This document shows positions 5,972 to 15,250 of a stretch of 30,715 nt of DNA, in pieces. Where the stretch lies: UHGV virus genome UHGV-0267581. The stretch is one strand, 5' to 3'. The notes beneath the pieces are model-generated. The model searched no databases. It worked only from the letters and a program-made list of their open reading frames with translations, and had not been told where the DNA came from. The translations under genes and the position numbers were made by a program. The DNA comes from a virus. The first letter of the stretch is position 1, and each line of letters begins with the position of its first letter.

Positions 5972-8900
5972 TTAAGAAACAGTAATACCAGTAGTGGCTT
6001 TTTTAGTTACCATTACCGTTAAATCACTGATCCATGTGCTAGGCGTCCAGTTGTTGATTGCGCTTGATTGCACTTCAAAGGTCAAGGTCACAGCACCCTT
6101 ACCCGCTGGCATATCAATAACACCTGAGTAAAGACCAGTATTACCGCCATACGCCCTATTATACAACTCTGACCCATTCTTACGAACAATAAGGCGACAG
6201 GTGTCGTAAAACGTATTATTGTTCGACCCTTCACGCGCTCGCAATCCACCAAAACTAACAGCCGGAATAACGATTTGACGATCGAACTTGTGATCATCTT
6301 CAACGCGAACAGTGACCGTACCCTGTGGATAACCAGCATAACCATTATCAACGTTAACATCACGATGCGGGAACTTACGTCCAATCACCTTAACGAAATC
6401 ACCCTTAACCTGAGTAGCTTCAAGCATACCCTTAATAACACAGCTAGAGTTAATCGTGACGTTGTTCAGAGTACCAGAATCGGCAGTGATATTACCTTTA
6501 ACGGTTGCATTCATGAACGTAGCGGACCCGTTCTTGTTGATATGCCATCCGGTCGATCCGTTCCAGTTGGAAGACTGGATATAGTTACCGATTTTAGCGT
6601 TATCAATTGCACCGTTTACGATCTTCGCGTTAGTGATTGCCCCGTCCTGAATCTTCGCGCTGTTAATTGCAGCATTGCCGATTTTAGCCGTGGTAATCGC
6701 CGCATCATTAATCTGGGCTGTACCAATTGCAGCATTACGAATCATCGCATTATCGAGATAAACCTTGTTACCTTCGATACCAAACGGGCATACTTCCGAT
6801 CCGTTCTGTGGAGCTACCGCGATTTTATCAGCATTAAAGATGATTCTCGTCGGTTGCGCCGGATCGTTGGTTGCGCTCATGTGAATACCAGCCACGCGAC
6901 CATCTGCATTAACTGCCAGATTATATTTGCTGTTAATGGTTCCTTTCAAAGCATCGATTTTTACATCTGCTTCCTGATTCACGCCAGCAATCTTGCCATC
7001 CATTTCTACCCGAACTTGATCAATCTTGCTTGCGCTTGCTGCCTCACTGGTAGCAATTGCTTGTTTCAGGGTAGTAGCAGATGCGCTGACTTCGGATTTA
7101 ATATCGCCTTTCAGTTCAGCTTTAACCTGATCAATCTTAGTGGAGCTAGCTTGCTCGCTGGTAGCAATCAGACTCTTTAAGGTATTGGCTGAGGCTTGGA
7201 CCGTCTGCCCTGTTTCGGTAGTGATTTGCTTATGCATTGCATCAATTTTAGCATCGGCATTAGCGCCAGCTTGAGCAATAGCATCCGCGATAGTTTCATC
7301 TAAGCGGTCTTGTAAACCAATCAGGTCTTCCAGTGCTTCTTTGTCCTGATCGTCCCAGCTAATTGTAGATCTCATTTGCATGAAATAAGGTTCAGACCAA
7401 ACAGCATCATCCATACCGAAAATATCGTAATGTGCCGCACGAAGATAATAATCACCATCAGCCAAAACAAAGGAAGTATGGCTAACACTATTCGTGCTTA
7501 CTGCCCTTGCATCGGAGAAAGTGTTATCGGTTGCATACTGGATGATTGACCCTGCATAATCATGTTCTACGTCATCTGCCCAGCTAACAAACACACTATT
7601 AAAGCCACCACGCGCACTAAAACCTTTCATTGGCTTATGTTGTGGGTTGATAGCCACTAAACGCGCTGGGGCGCTCTCTGAGTTGTTATAGCCCTTAGCC
7701 GATACTTCTACCGTCAGTTGACGCGAAAGGCCGTTAAACTGGTTCATATCAAGCGTATAAGTCCATGATTCAGGATCGCGGGTACGGTACTGAATAGACT
7801 TACCAGCCTTGTTAGTCACCTTGATAATGTATGCTTCAAACAGGTCACTAAACTTGTTAGTTTCACCGTTGATCTCAACATCTAATTGTTGCTGATTTTC
7901 CCATTCGATAATCAGATCATTACCTTCGAAAGTTCCTGGCGTGCTACCCTGATTTTTGATTCGAATAACCGGAGTCGGCAATTCATAGGTAACAGTAGGA
8001 TTCTGGTTAATCAGTTCTACCCAATCGGATCGAGCGATGATACCGAAAGCACAAACTCGGTAATCATAAGAGCGATCTTTAGCCAGTGCATTGACACTGA
8101 AAATTTGCTGTGAAGTCTGACCGAGCTTAATCCAGTTAGGTGATCCGCTTACACGGTAATCAATCTGGAAACCGTAGCGGTTAAAATCTTCCGGTGCATC
8201 CCATGTCAAAGTAACGTTCTTACCATAGATGGTTTCACCAGTTGCCTTAATTCTGAAATTAGTAGGCTTCTGTACTGTCATTGAATCCGGTAAACCACTT
8301 GGTCTATTGTCTGGAGTTGCCGCATAGTTCAGGTCAGTATAAACTTGAGAATTATATTCTGTGGCGGTGATAGTCATCATCCCAGCAATACCAGAATCAA
8401 TCGAGCGATCAATTGCAGTAATACGCCATAAGGAATTATTCAGCTTCAATTCATCATAGGTTACGCTGATAACGTCCCAAACTTCGGCAGTGAATGCGTC
8501 AGTAGTCATAAAGCTGATAACCTGAGTGATACGAGATTTATTTCGTTCTACACTCGCAAGTTTATCAATCTGGGCTTTAGACTTAACAAAACGATATTCA
8601 ATATCTTTAGCGATAATTCGACCATCTTGACGAATAGTAGCATCGTTTTCAGCATCAGCCGGATAACGTAGCATTTGCTCTGAATAGTCAATTGATGGTT
8701 CTTGATACATCGCGTTAATGGTATTGAAATAACCGTTAGTGCCACCTGTTTTCAGTGATACCTTACCCATCATGATATTGTCTTCATTGAAGGTATGCTT
8801 AACAATATCAGGAGCATCCAGTTTCAGGGTAATTCTTCCGAAGGATTCGAACATCACCCCGCCGAAAGTCTGCATAAGGCTAGTCAAGTTCTCTTTAAAG

Positions 8901-9748
8901 CTGGCGTTCGGATCACATGCACCGTTTGAATGTAGGTCCATCTGGCGTACTTGTTTACGTACTTTCAGGAATGAATCAACGTTGATGTTTTCAATTGGTA
9001 CTGATAAACCATATTTTTCATTTGTTAGGTAGTGGAAAATCTGGTCCACGCCGTTAGTGCTAGCCTCAATAGCATTAGTTTCAAGGTTACGAATCTTTAA
9101 GCCCATAACATCGACTGCTACCTGGCTATTTGGCTGGAGAATATCAACACCAGCAGCAAGAGATTTGTCATCACGACGTAACACAATACACATGGTTGCA
9201 ATACCATTGCCTTTGTAGTTGTCGTTCCAGTCTGATCCTAAATGACGTTTTGCCAGTGACAAAGCGGTGTTAGGATTCTTACCCGTGCGGAACTCAACTT
9301 CTAAGACTTTCCGGTATTCTTCTTTAATGTTGCCTTTGTCCAGTACACCATCACGGATCGTCATGTTCTTACCAACAAGAACATTTTTGTTATCGATAAA
9401 CAGTGCTTTGTAATGGTCGATTTCACCCTCGGCAATTGCGAAGATTTGCACTAACTTATTGTTTTCTTGCTTGGAAATTGCCTTATAAACGCAGATTGCA
9501 CCCGTGCGGGTAGTACCAAAAAGAACGGGTAATACTGTCTTAGGATCGTTTGATGTTCCTAGTGTCACCGCATTATCCGGGCTTTGTACTTTCGGTGTTT
9601 TTGGTGCGCCTACAGTGGAAGCGATCAAGGTCATTGCACCAGCAGCCATACCGATAGCGACTGCGGTCATAACCGAAAATGTTGCGGCTGCCGCCATCCC
9701 CGCCGAAGCACCAGCAATAACCGCGCCTACCAATACTTCAAATCCCAT
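5972..9748 (-). CDS. tail tip / host-specificity protein (lambda J-like central fiber, 1258 aa)
   Basis: Last and largest gene after the tape measure and three small tail proteins (lambda order H-M-L-K-I-J); fibronectin-III-like segments (for example VTLTWDAPED); 10-residue repeats (AIxxAKIxNx) and other tandem repeats near the C-terminus; N-terminal Gly/Ala-rich hydrophobic stretch. Confidence 0.75.
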   Translation of the reverse strand: MGFEVLVGAVIAGASAGMAAAATFSVMTAVAIGMAAGAMTLIASTVGAPKTPKVQSPDNAVTLGTSNDPKTVLPVLFGTTRTGAICVYKAISKQENNKLVQIFAIAEGEIDHYKALFIDNKNVLVGKNMTIRDGVLDKGNIKEEYRKVLEVEFRTGKNPNTALSLAKRHLGSDWNDNYKGNGIATMCIVLRRDDKSLAAGVDILQPNSQVAVDVMGLKIRNLETNAIEASTNGVDQIFHYLTNEKYGLSVPIENINVDSFLKVRKQVRQMDLHSNGACDPNASFKENLTSLMQTFGGVMFESFGRITLKLDAPDIVKHTFNEDNIMMGKVSLKTGGTNGYFNTINAMYQEPSIDYSEQMLRYPADAENDATIRQDGRIIAKDIEYRFVKSKAQIDKLASVERNKSRITQVISFMTTDAFTAEVWDVISVTYDELKLNNSLWRITAIDRSIDSGIAGMMTITATEYNSQVYTDLNYAATPDNRPSGLPDSMTVQKPTNFRIKATGETIYGKNVTLTWDAPEDFNRYGFQIDYRVSGSPNWIKLGQTSQQIFSVNALAKDRSYDYRVCAFGIIARSDWVELINQNPTVTYELPTPVIRIKNQGSTPGTFEGNDLIIEWENQQQLDVEINGETNKFSDLFEAYIIKVTNKAGKSIQYRTRDPESWTYTLDMNQFNGLSRQLTVEVSAKGYNNSESAPARLVAINPQHKPMKGFSARGGFNSVFVSWADDVEHDYAGSIIQYATDNTFSDARAVSTNSVSHTSFVLADGDYYLRAAHYDIFGMDDAVWSEPYFMQMRSTISWDDQDKEALEDLIGLQDRLDETIADAIAQAGANADAKIDAMHKQITTETGQTVQASANTLKSLIATSEQASSTKIDQVKAELKGDIKSEVSASATTLKQAIATSEAASASKIDQVRVEMDGKIAGVNQEADVKIDALKGTINSKYNLAVNADGRVAGIHMSATNDPAQPTRIIFNADKIAVAPQNGSEVCPFGIEGNKVYLDNAMIRNAAIGTAQINDAAITTAKIGNAAINSAKIQDGAITNAKIVNGAIDNAKIGNYIQSSNWNGSTGWHINKNGSATFMNATVKGNITADSGTLNNVTINSSCVIKGMLEATQVKGDFVKVIGRKFPHRDVNVDNGYAGYPQGTVTVRVEDDHKFDRQIVIPAVSFGGLRAREGSNNNTFYDTCRLIVRKNGSELYNRAYGGNTGLYSGVIDMPAGKGAVTLTFEVQSSAINNWTPSTWISDLTVMVTKKATTGITVS

Positions 9749-10167
9749 TATTCACCCCCGAATCTATAAACTTGTTCATAGTCAATGTCTGAAACAGGAA
9801 TGGTCATCCAGATACCATCTTCTTCAACGAGGCCATAACCGGAATAATGAGGAACTACGGAATAATAATTACGGTTTCCTAATTTGTGGGCTGTGACCAG
9901 TAAGTCGCCGTCCTGTAAATCATCAGTGACTAATTTGAAATGTTTCTTAATTGGTTGAAGGATATTTGAATACCCGCTTAATTCTTTGCAGATTTTCAAG
10001 CCTTCTTCTTTAGTTGAATATTTTTTATAAAGAGAATTATATAGGTCAGTACCAGCGAGAATATCGATGATCTTACATGCAATTAGATTGCAATCATTCT
10101 CACCTTGAACGAACTCCTGACCTATTAAAGAATTGATGTAATCGGTGATAAGCCTAGTTTTTAGCAT
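9748..10167 (-). CDS. tail tip assembly protein (gpK/gpI-position; 139 aa)
   Basis: Start set at the internal ATG with GGAGG 8 nt upstream (the longer ORF would overlap the upstream gene by 110 nt); stop overlaps the J-like start (TAATG); contains a QGENDCNL Cys motif that may be NlpC/P60-like (uncertain). Confidence 0.5.
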   Translation of the reverse strand: MLKTRLITDYINSLIGQEFVQGENDCNLIACKIIDILAGTDLYNSLYKKYSTKEEGLKICKELSGYSNILQPIKKHFKLVTDDLQDGDLLVTAHKLGNRNYYSVVPHYSGYGLVEEDGIWMTIPVSDIDYEQVYRFGGE

Positions 10168-10213
10168 GTTGAATACCTCCATGCAGTTATTTACTAGGCT
10201 TAGGGAGAAGGGA

Positions 10214-10867
10214 TTATTTCTTAGAGCTAAACCATTTTGATTCTGAGTTCCACTTCCCGGCACGGGAGAAGAATAGATCGTTCTCGTTTCCAACATAGGA
10301 TCGGTGGATACCATCAGAAGCATGACTACGAGCGTTTTTATCTAGAACTTCCCAGATACTATTAAGCTGAAATTCAGATTCGTTTTTACACTCATCATCT
10401 TCATGTTCGATGTTAATCCCGATGGAATCGACTACCCCACGGAAAACAGGGTAAGTGGTTTCAACCTTGCCCGTGTTAGGGTTCAGGAAAACCATCTCGA
10501 TTTTCACATCAGATTTATCGAATTGCTTGTTACGAATCAAGGTAATGTATTCCTCGCGAACGTTAGAAACAGTTACGTTGATCCCGTTGTTGTTGATCTC
10601 CTTCTCTTCGGTATTCGATGAGATTTGAAGAAAATCACCCGTTGCGAGATACGTAAAACCGTTATAGTCCAAATCGAAATACCCATCTGTAAGCCGTAGA
10701 ACGTCCCCTGACGCGGTGACTGCTTCGATAATGTGAAACATCGATCCAGTGGAGAAAAGTTGCGGTAGCGTCAATCTAGATACATTCTGCCCTGTCTGGT
10801 CGTTGTAGACCTCGATGAAGTCCAGATTGGTGCATAGTTTGCTGAATGATTCTTGAATAGTTGCCAT
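10214..10867 (-). CDS. minor tail protein (gpL-position; 217 aa)
   Basis: Start set at the ATG (MATIQ...) overlapping the upstream stop (TAATG) with GGAGA SD; positional call only. Confidence 0.5.
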   Translation of the reverse strand: MATIQESFSKLCTNLDFIEVYNDQTGQNVSRLTLPQLFSTGSMFHIIEAVTASGDVLRLTDGYFDLDYNGFTYLATGDFLQISSNTEEKEINNNGINVTVSNVREEYITLIRNKQFDKSDVKIEMVFLNPNTGKVETTYPVFRGVVDSIGINIEHEDDECKNESEFQLNSIWEVLDKNARSHASDGIHRSYVGNENDLFFSRAGKWNSESKWFSSKK

Positions 10868-11427
10868 TATACATTCTCCACTAATTCGAATTTCATCTTG
10901 CCAATCTGGGCGATCTTCCAATCGATGTTTTCAGTTTTGAGAAGAAATTCGCCCTCTACGTTCTGATACTTGATCACCTCACCCGCTAGGACGTTTTGGC
11001 GCAAGTTAGGGAAGAGTTTCATTTCACCACCTGATTTCACGTCTTCGGTGATCGTGTAGATTTTCTTGTGGTTCTCAAACTGGATGATAGTTCCCGCTTT
11101 CAGTGTTCCGGTGAAGTTGGAGAGTCTTACCTTGCGCCCACCGCGAGCAGTACCAGCAGCAGCCGTAACCATCTGGCGTACATCACCTGTATATTTTGAA
11201 AAGTAAGACAGTGGCACACTAAAAGGACGACCAAAAAGGTGACGTGCTACAAATTCTTTTACTTCGTTAATATCCTGAGCCATGTAATTCGCGGTAAATT
11301 CTGCTTCGTAAAAATGGATGCCAGTAAAGCGACGCTGGAACTTACCGGAGATAGATTGCGCCTTGAAGAAAGGTTGTTTTGATTTAAGAGTAAAATCTGT
11401 GATTTTAATATTCTTGGATTTGAACAT
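10867..11427 (-). CDS. minor tail protein (distal tail / gpM-position; 186 aa)
   Basis: First gene after the tape measure gene; positional call only. Confidence 0.5.
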   Translation of the reverse strand: MFKSKNIKITDFTLKSKQPFFKAQSISGKFQRRFTGIHFYEAEFTANYMAQDINEVKEFVARHLFGRPFSVPLSYFSKYTGDVRQMVTAAAGTARGGRKVRLSNFTGTLKAGTIIQFENHKKIYTITEDVKSGGEMKLFPNLRQNVLAGEVIKYQNVEGEFLLKTENIDWKIAQIGKMKFELVENV

Positions 11428-11477
11428 AGAAAAGCCCCCATAGTTTTATGATTATTTATGACTATGGGGGCTTTTAA

Positions 11478-13832
11478 TTACATCTTACGGCGTTGTGCGT
11501 CTTCTACCGCCTGAGCAACTAACTTAGCGTGACGTTTGATAGCATCCATGACCATCTTGTCTGAGCTATTAACGTTGCCGTTAATGTTCAAAGGTGCGTT
11601 AACTTCAATCGGCTGAGAGTTGCCACCGCCTGATTTTTGAGCAGCAAGGAAGTCTTTCAAATCACCGTTAGTACGCTGATCAACTACTCGTTCACCCTTA
11701 TCAAGCAACCATGTACCCTCACGAGGGATATTATCGATACCATCATGAGCCATACCGCTAACGTTAGTAGACTTGATGTTTGCGATGTTCCCCATGTTCT
11801 GAGAAACAGCCAATGCAGCAGCAGCGATCTTTTGTCCTGTGGTTACGTTGGTCGGATCGTTCCATGCATCGGTAGCAGCCGTCCACATGTTCACCGTCGC
11901 TTGTCCAATGGAGAATGCTTTATGAGCATTGAAAGCCATCTGCATAGCTTTAGTGTTTTCCTGCCCGAAGAGAGTCATTGCAGCAGCAAAACCGCCATAC
12001 ATATCATCGGCTATTGACTGGCGAGCATCAGCATATTTCTTTTCAATTGCAGCCATCCGTTTTTGATGGTTTTCATTGAGTTTTTCTAATGCAGCCATCC
12101 GTTTAGCTGGATCATTAATACCATCAATATTGAGTTTTTCGGTCTTATAATCTTGTTCAGCTTCCGATTTCTCTTGATCGATTGCATTAAATTTAGCAAA
12201 CGGGTTATTTGAATCCTGATAGTCTAAGCTATTAGTCAATTGATTGGTTTTAAAACCATCCATTCCCTGTAACTGACTATCAATCTGAGAATAGTTTTGC
12301 TCGGTATCATTCACACGACGCATATATTCTTCGTAGGAGATAGCTTTACCATCAAGTAACCGTTTATGGCTTTCTAGCTCGTTGTCCCTGATTTGTTGCA
12401 AAACTGTTAAGGCATTCAGAGCATCAATCGGATCAGCACCCAACATCATTTTATAGATGTTTTCTGCGTTCTGATCTAACAGTTGCTGACGTTTAGCGGC
12501 TGCGTCTTGCTGAGAGATTAAGCCCATATCTAAAGCAGTGTCTAAATCTTTCAAGCTGGCTTCTAACTGCTTGTTTTGAGAAGCAATAGACGCGGCTGTC
12601 TGTCCTTGCAATTTAACATCAAGAGCATTCAGTCGCTTGATTGCATCCTCGCGTGCTTTCTGTGCTTTTTCTGCGGCTTCCTTAGCCTTTTTAGCTGCCT
12701 CTTCCGCTTTCTTCTTGGCTTCTTCTTGTTCTTTTTTCGATGGTCCGGTGACGCCTCCACCTTGACCCGTTGGGGTAAATCCGGTATCCGATTTATTTCC
12801 AGTGATAGTAATTACCGGATCACCGTTTTTATCACGGGTAACGCCTTCACTATCCACCCAACGATCAGGATAATTTGGTTTATTGTTGAAGCTGGCTTGT
12901 CCACCCGCTAGACCAGTAGAACTATAACCATGCTTGTTAATAAAACCACCGTTAGCCATAGCCATATTCTGGCGAGCTTTTTCAAACCTTTCATTAAAAG
13001 TCTTTAATGCGTTGAATAAAGCGGTCTTTTCCCAATCTTTATCAAACCAGTTGTAAAGATTATTCATCCCTTCAACAACTGGATTTAGTGCATTTGCAGC
13101 CATACCCTTTAAGTTATCGGTAAGGGTATCCATATTTTTAGAGAATTTATTATATTCTTCGGCTGTGTCATTGGTGATTTTAACAGTTTGCTGATTAATG
13201 GCGTTTACAGCTTCCTGATAAGATCCGTATTTCTGCAATTCATCAGCCATATGACTTGAATCACTGGCTAACGATTCCATCATAAACTTAACATCAGCGA
13301 TAGACGCACCAGCCTTGCGCATATCATAGAAGACCTTGATCGCCGCTTTCATCCCGCCTTGTGGATCGTTCATAAACTCGGCATAATCTTTAATCTTCAA
13401 ACCTACACTTTCTAGGTCGTCTTCAATACCGCCACCGTTACGCCATGCATCAGCCAGCTTATCTAAGGTGTCTTTGTTAATATCACCAAATTTCTCAACG
13501 GTTAAGCCAGTACCGGAGAATTGCTTCTCTAATTTCTGGAGTGTTTCGACGGTTAAACCAGTTGCTTTTGAAACTTCGCTGTATTCCTTTACATAATCAC
13601 CGATGGCATTTGCAGCAGAAATAGCGCCAGCAGCCAAACCAACAAAACCACCAGCAGCCAAAGCAAGCGATCCACCAGTTCCGCGAAGGGTTCCACTTAA
13701 ACTAGATAAACCACCAGACAAATCAAGATTCATTGCCCTTTCTGAAAGGTTATCAAGCATCTCTATCGCCTGATTGGTACTTCTCCTTAGACCGTCATTA
13801 TCTCCTTCTATTGTTACTATATGTCTTGTCAT
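11478..13832 (-). CDS. tail tape measure protein (784 aa)
   Basis: Long protein directly after the chaperone pair; Gly-rich hydrophobic segment near the N-terminus, extended coiled-coil stretch (KKEQEEAKKKAEEAAKKAKEAAEKAQKAREDAIKRL); followed by a hairpin. Confidence 0.85.
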   Translation of the reverse strand: MTRHIVTIEGDNDGLRRSTNQAIEMLDNLSERAMNLDLSGGLSSLSGTLRGTGGSLALAAGGFVGLAAGAISAANAIGDYVKEYSEVSKATGLTVETLQKLEKQFSGTGLTVEKFGDINKDTLDKLADAWRNGGGIEDDLESVGLKIKDYAEFMNDPQGGMKAAIKVFYDMRKAGASIADVKFMMESLASDSSHMADELQKYGSYQEAVNAINQQTVKITNDTAEEYNKFSKNMDTLTDNLKGMAANALNPVVEGMNNLYNWFDKDWEKTALFNALKTFNERFEKARQNMAMANGGFINKHGYSSTGLAGGQASFNNKPNYPDRWVDSEGVTRDKNGDPVITITGNKSDTGFTPTGQGGGVTGPSKKEQEEAKKKAEEAAKKAKEAAEKAQKAREDAIKRLNALDVKLQGQTAASIASQNKQLEASLKDLDTALDMGLISQQDAAAKRQQLLDQNAENIYKMMLGADPIDALNALTVLQQIRDNELESHKRLLDGKAISYEEYMRRVNDTEQNYSQIDSQLQGMDGFKTNQLTNSLDYQDSNNPFAKFNAIDQEKSEAEQDYKTEKLNIDGINDPAKRMAALEKLNENHQKRMAAIEKKYADARQSIADDMYGGFAAAMTLFGQENTKAMQMAFNAHKAFSIGQATVNMWTAATDAWNDPTNVTTGQKIAAAALAVSQNMGNIANIKSTNVSGMAHDGIDNIPREGTWLLDKGERVVDQRTNGDLKDFLAAQKSGGGNSQPIEVNAPLNINGNVNSSDKMVMDAIKRHAKLVAQAVEDAQRRKM

Positions 13833-13835
13833 AAA

Positions 13836-14210
13836 TTACCCCAATTGTCCGCTCTTGAGCTTTTGTAATAATGAAGCGTCGAAAAAACTATCAACCAAAG
13901 CAGCGTTACGTTCTTCCTCTTTCTTACGAGCAATTTCTTTTATTTCTTCTTGCGTTTTAAATTGCTTGTCGTCCTTAATCATTCGGAATTGGTTAACATT
14001 GATTTTATTCAACCATTCACGAGTCATGTTAGGAGATGTAACGTGCATGTAATACATCGACTGTGCATGTCGCGCATCTTGAAACAGGGGGCTTTGTGGT
14101 TCAAGATATGTATCGAATATATGCAACGCCCAAAATAGCGTAATTGGCATATTATCCATCTCATCTTTACTCAAGCCCCGACGCATCATTTGCCGAAAAT
14201 AAAAATTCAA
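13836..14210 (-). CDS. tail assembly chaperone, T segment (expressed as a G-T fusion by -1 frameshift; no ATG of its own, opens with TTG)
   Basis: Open frame lying -1 relative to the upstream G-like ORF, sharing a 16-nt overlap that contains A-AAG immediately 5' of the G stop; conserved position between the tube region and the tape measure. Confidence 0.55.
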   Translation of the reverse strand: MNFYFRQMMRRGLSKDEMDNMPITLFWALHIFDTYLEPQSPLFQDARHAQSMYYMHVTSPNMTREWLNKINVNQFRMIKDDKQFKTQEEIKEIARKKEEERNAALVDSFFDASLLQKLKSGQLG

Positions 14211-14218
14211 GAGCGGGT

Positions 14219-14527
14219 TTACTTTACCTCGTTTTCAATTACCGCCGCATCTTTCATCAATGATGCTTGAGCAACTAAGCCGATTAATTCGCTGCGGACG
14301 CTAGTATACAATGCCTTAACTTGTTCAATAGATTCAAATACTGGCTTACCGTCTTCATCTTCAATACAACGAAGAATAGAGCGTTCATCACGGTCTTTTT
14401 TATCAGTATTGAAAACATGTTCATTAAATTCTTGTACCGACATAGGGCGAGCATAGAACGTAAATCCTCCGAGGGTTAAAGATTCACGTTTCGGAGAAAG
14501 AGCTTTCAGCATTTCATTCAGATTCAT
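14219..14527 (-). CDS. tail assembly chaperone (gpG-like, 102 aa)
   Basis: Small acidic protein immediately upstream of the tape measure; the downstream frame is open in -1. Confidence 0.6.
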   Translation of the reverse strand: MNLNEMLKALSPKRESLTLGGFTFYARPMSVQEFNEHVFNTDKKDRDERSILRCIEDEDGKPVFESIEQVKALYTSVRSELIGLVAQASLMKDAAVIENEVK

Positions 14528-14572
14528 TATTGTTTCCTCATTAATAGTGATTACGCTGTATTTATTTAGAAT

Positions 14573-15079
14573 TTAAGAGATTTTCAAAGTCTGCTTAGTG
14601 CCAGTCTTCTTAATGTTATTGAGGAAAGCAGCCGGAGGATTGCTTAACCAATAGTAATGAAAACCGCTTTGCATACTGTTATAAGGAACAGTGACAGCAG
14701 CACCACCCAAATTAACGGTTATATTCCCCGCTCTACCGTTCTGGAGATATACAGCCATAGTAGGAGTACCGCCATTGAATTGACCAACGATAACGCCAAT
14801 CAGACGCCCTACGCCCACGTTTTCGGGGTTCTCCATAGATCCTTTACCGCGCATGTCAGTTACTGGATAGTTTGAAGCAGTTACACCCCAGTTATTACCC
14901 AATGAAGTAGACCACGCAGCAGTAGCTACAACCGTATCCATACCACGACCACACATCGCACTCATGTTAGCTGGGCGACTAACCTTTAATGCGTTCATTG
15001 CTGCGCTCATCCATCGTTGACCAGTTACAGAAACAGCAGATGACCCGACCCAGCCAGGCTTATTAACGACATTCGCCAT
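14573..15079 (-). CDS. virion structural protein of unknown role (168 aa; Gly/Ala/Ser/Thr/Asn-rich, almost uncharged)
   Basis: GGAG SD 8 nt upstream; lies between the tail-tube candidate and the chaperone gene. Confidence 0.5.
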   Translation of the reverse strand: MANVVNKPGWVGSSAVSVTGQRWMSAAMNALKVSRPANMSAMCGRGMDTVVATAAWSTSLGNNWGVTASNYPVTDMRGKGSMENPENVGVGRLIGVIVGQFNGGTPTMAVYLQNGRAGNITVNLGGAAVTVPYNSMQSGFHYYWLSNPPAAFLNNIKKTGTKQTLKIS

Positions 15080-15094
15080 TTTGATTACTCCAAT

Positions 15095-15121
15095 AAAAAA
15101 GCCCCACCATTAAGGCAGGGC
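15095..15121 (-). terminator. intrinsic terminator downstream of the tail-protein extension (GCCCUGCC-UUAAU-GGUGGGGC then U6 on the minus strand)
   Basis: 8-bp stem with two G-U wobbles, 5-nt loop, U-tract; near-identical copy at 20930-20955. Confidence 0.6.
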
Positions 15122-15127
15122 TTATAA

Positions 15128-15250
15128 TTAATCTTTAGCCTTGCGGCTTCGTTTAGCTGTGGCTTTCGCCGTAACTTCTTCTACTTCTGGAATCACCACC
15201 GCTTCATGTTCCGGCTGTGGTTCCGGTTCGGGAAGTTCTTCGTTAGTTCA
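15128..15250 (-). other. in-frame recoded extension after a TGA stop (39 codons: TNEELPEPEPQPEHEAVVIPEVEEVTAKATAKRSRKAKD, ending TAA)
   Basis: Hand-translated; same frame as the upstream gene, no internal ATG, UGA-ACU-AAC context and C-terminal VTAKAT...RK.K motif shared with the extension after the capsid gene. Confidence 0.55.

Noticed and set aside
6275-7180. 301-aa plus-strand ORF (and the 98-aa ORF at 6088-6384) inside the J-like gene
   Set aside because: Antisense shadow ORFs within a well-supported 1258-aa minus-strand gene; low-complexity translation and no start context.
11637-12911. Plus-strand ORFs 11637-12017 and 12576-12911 inside the tape measure gene, 13774-14052 and 13950-14138 across the chaperone region, and 16107-18723 ORFs on both strands inside the fiber gene
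   Set aside because: Embedded or antisense ORFs within long, well-supported minus-strand genes; none has a convincing start context.
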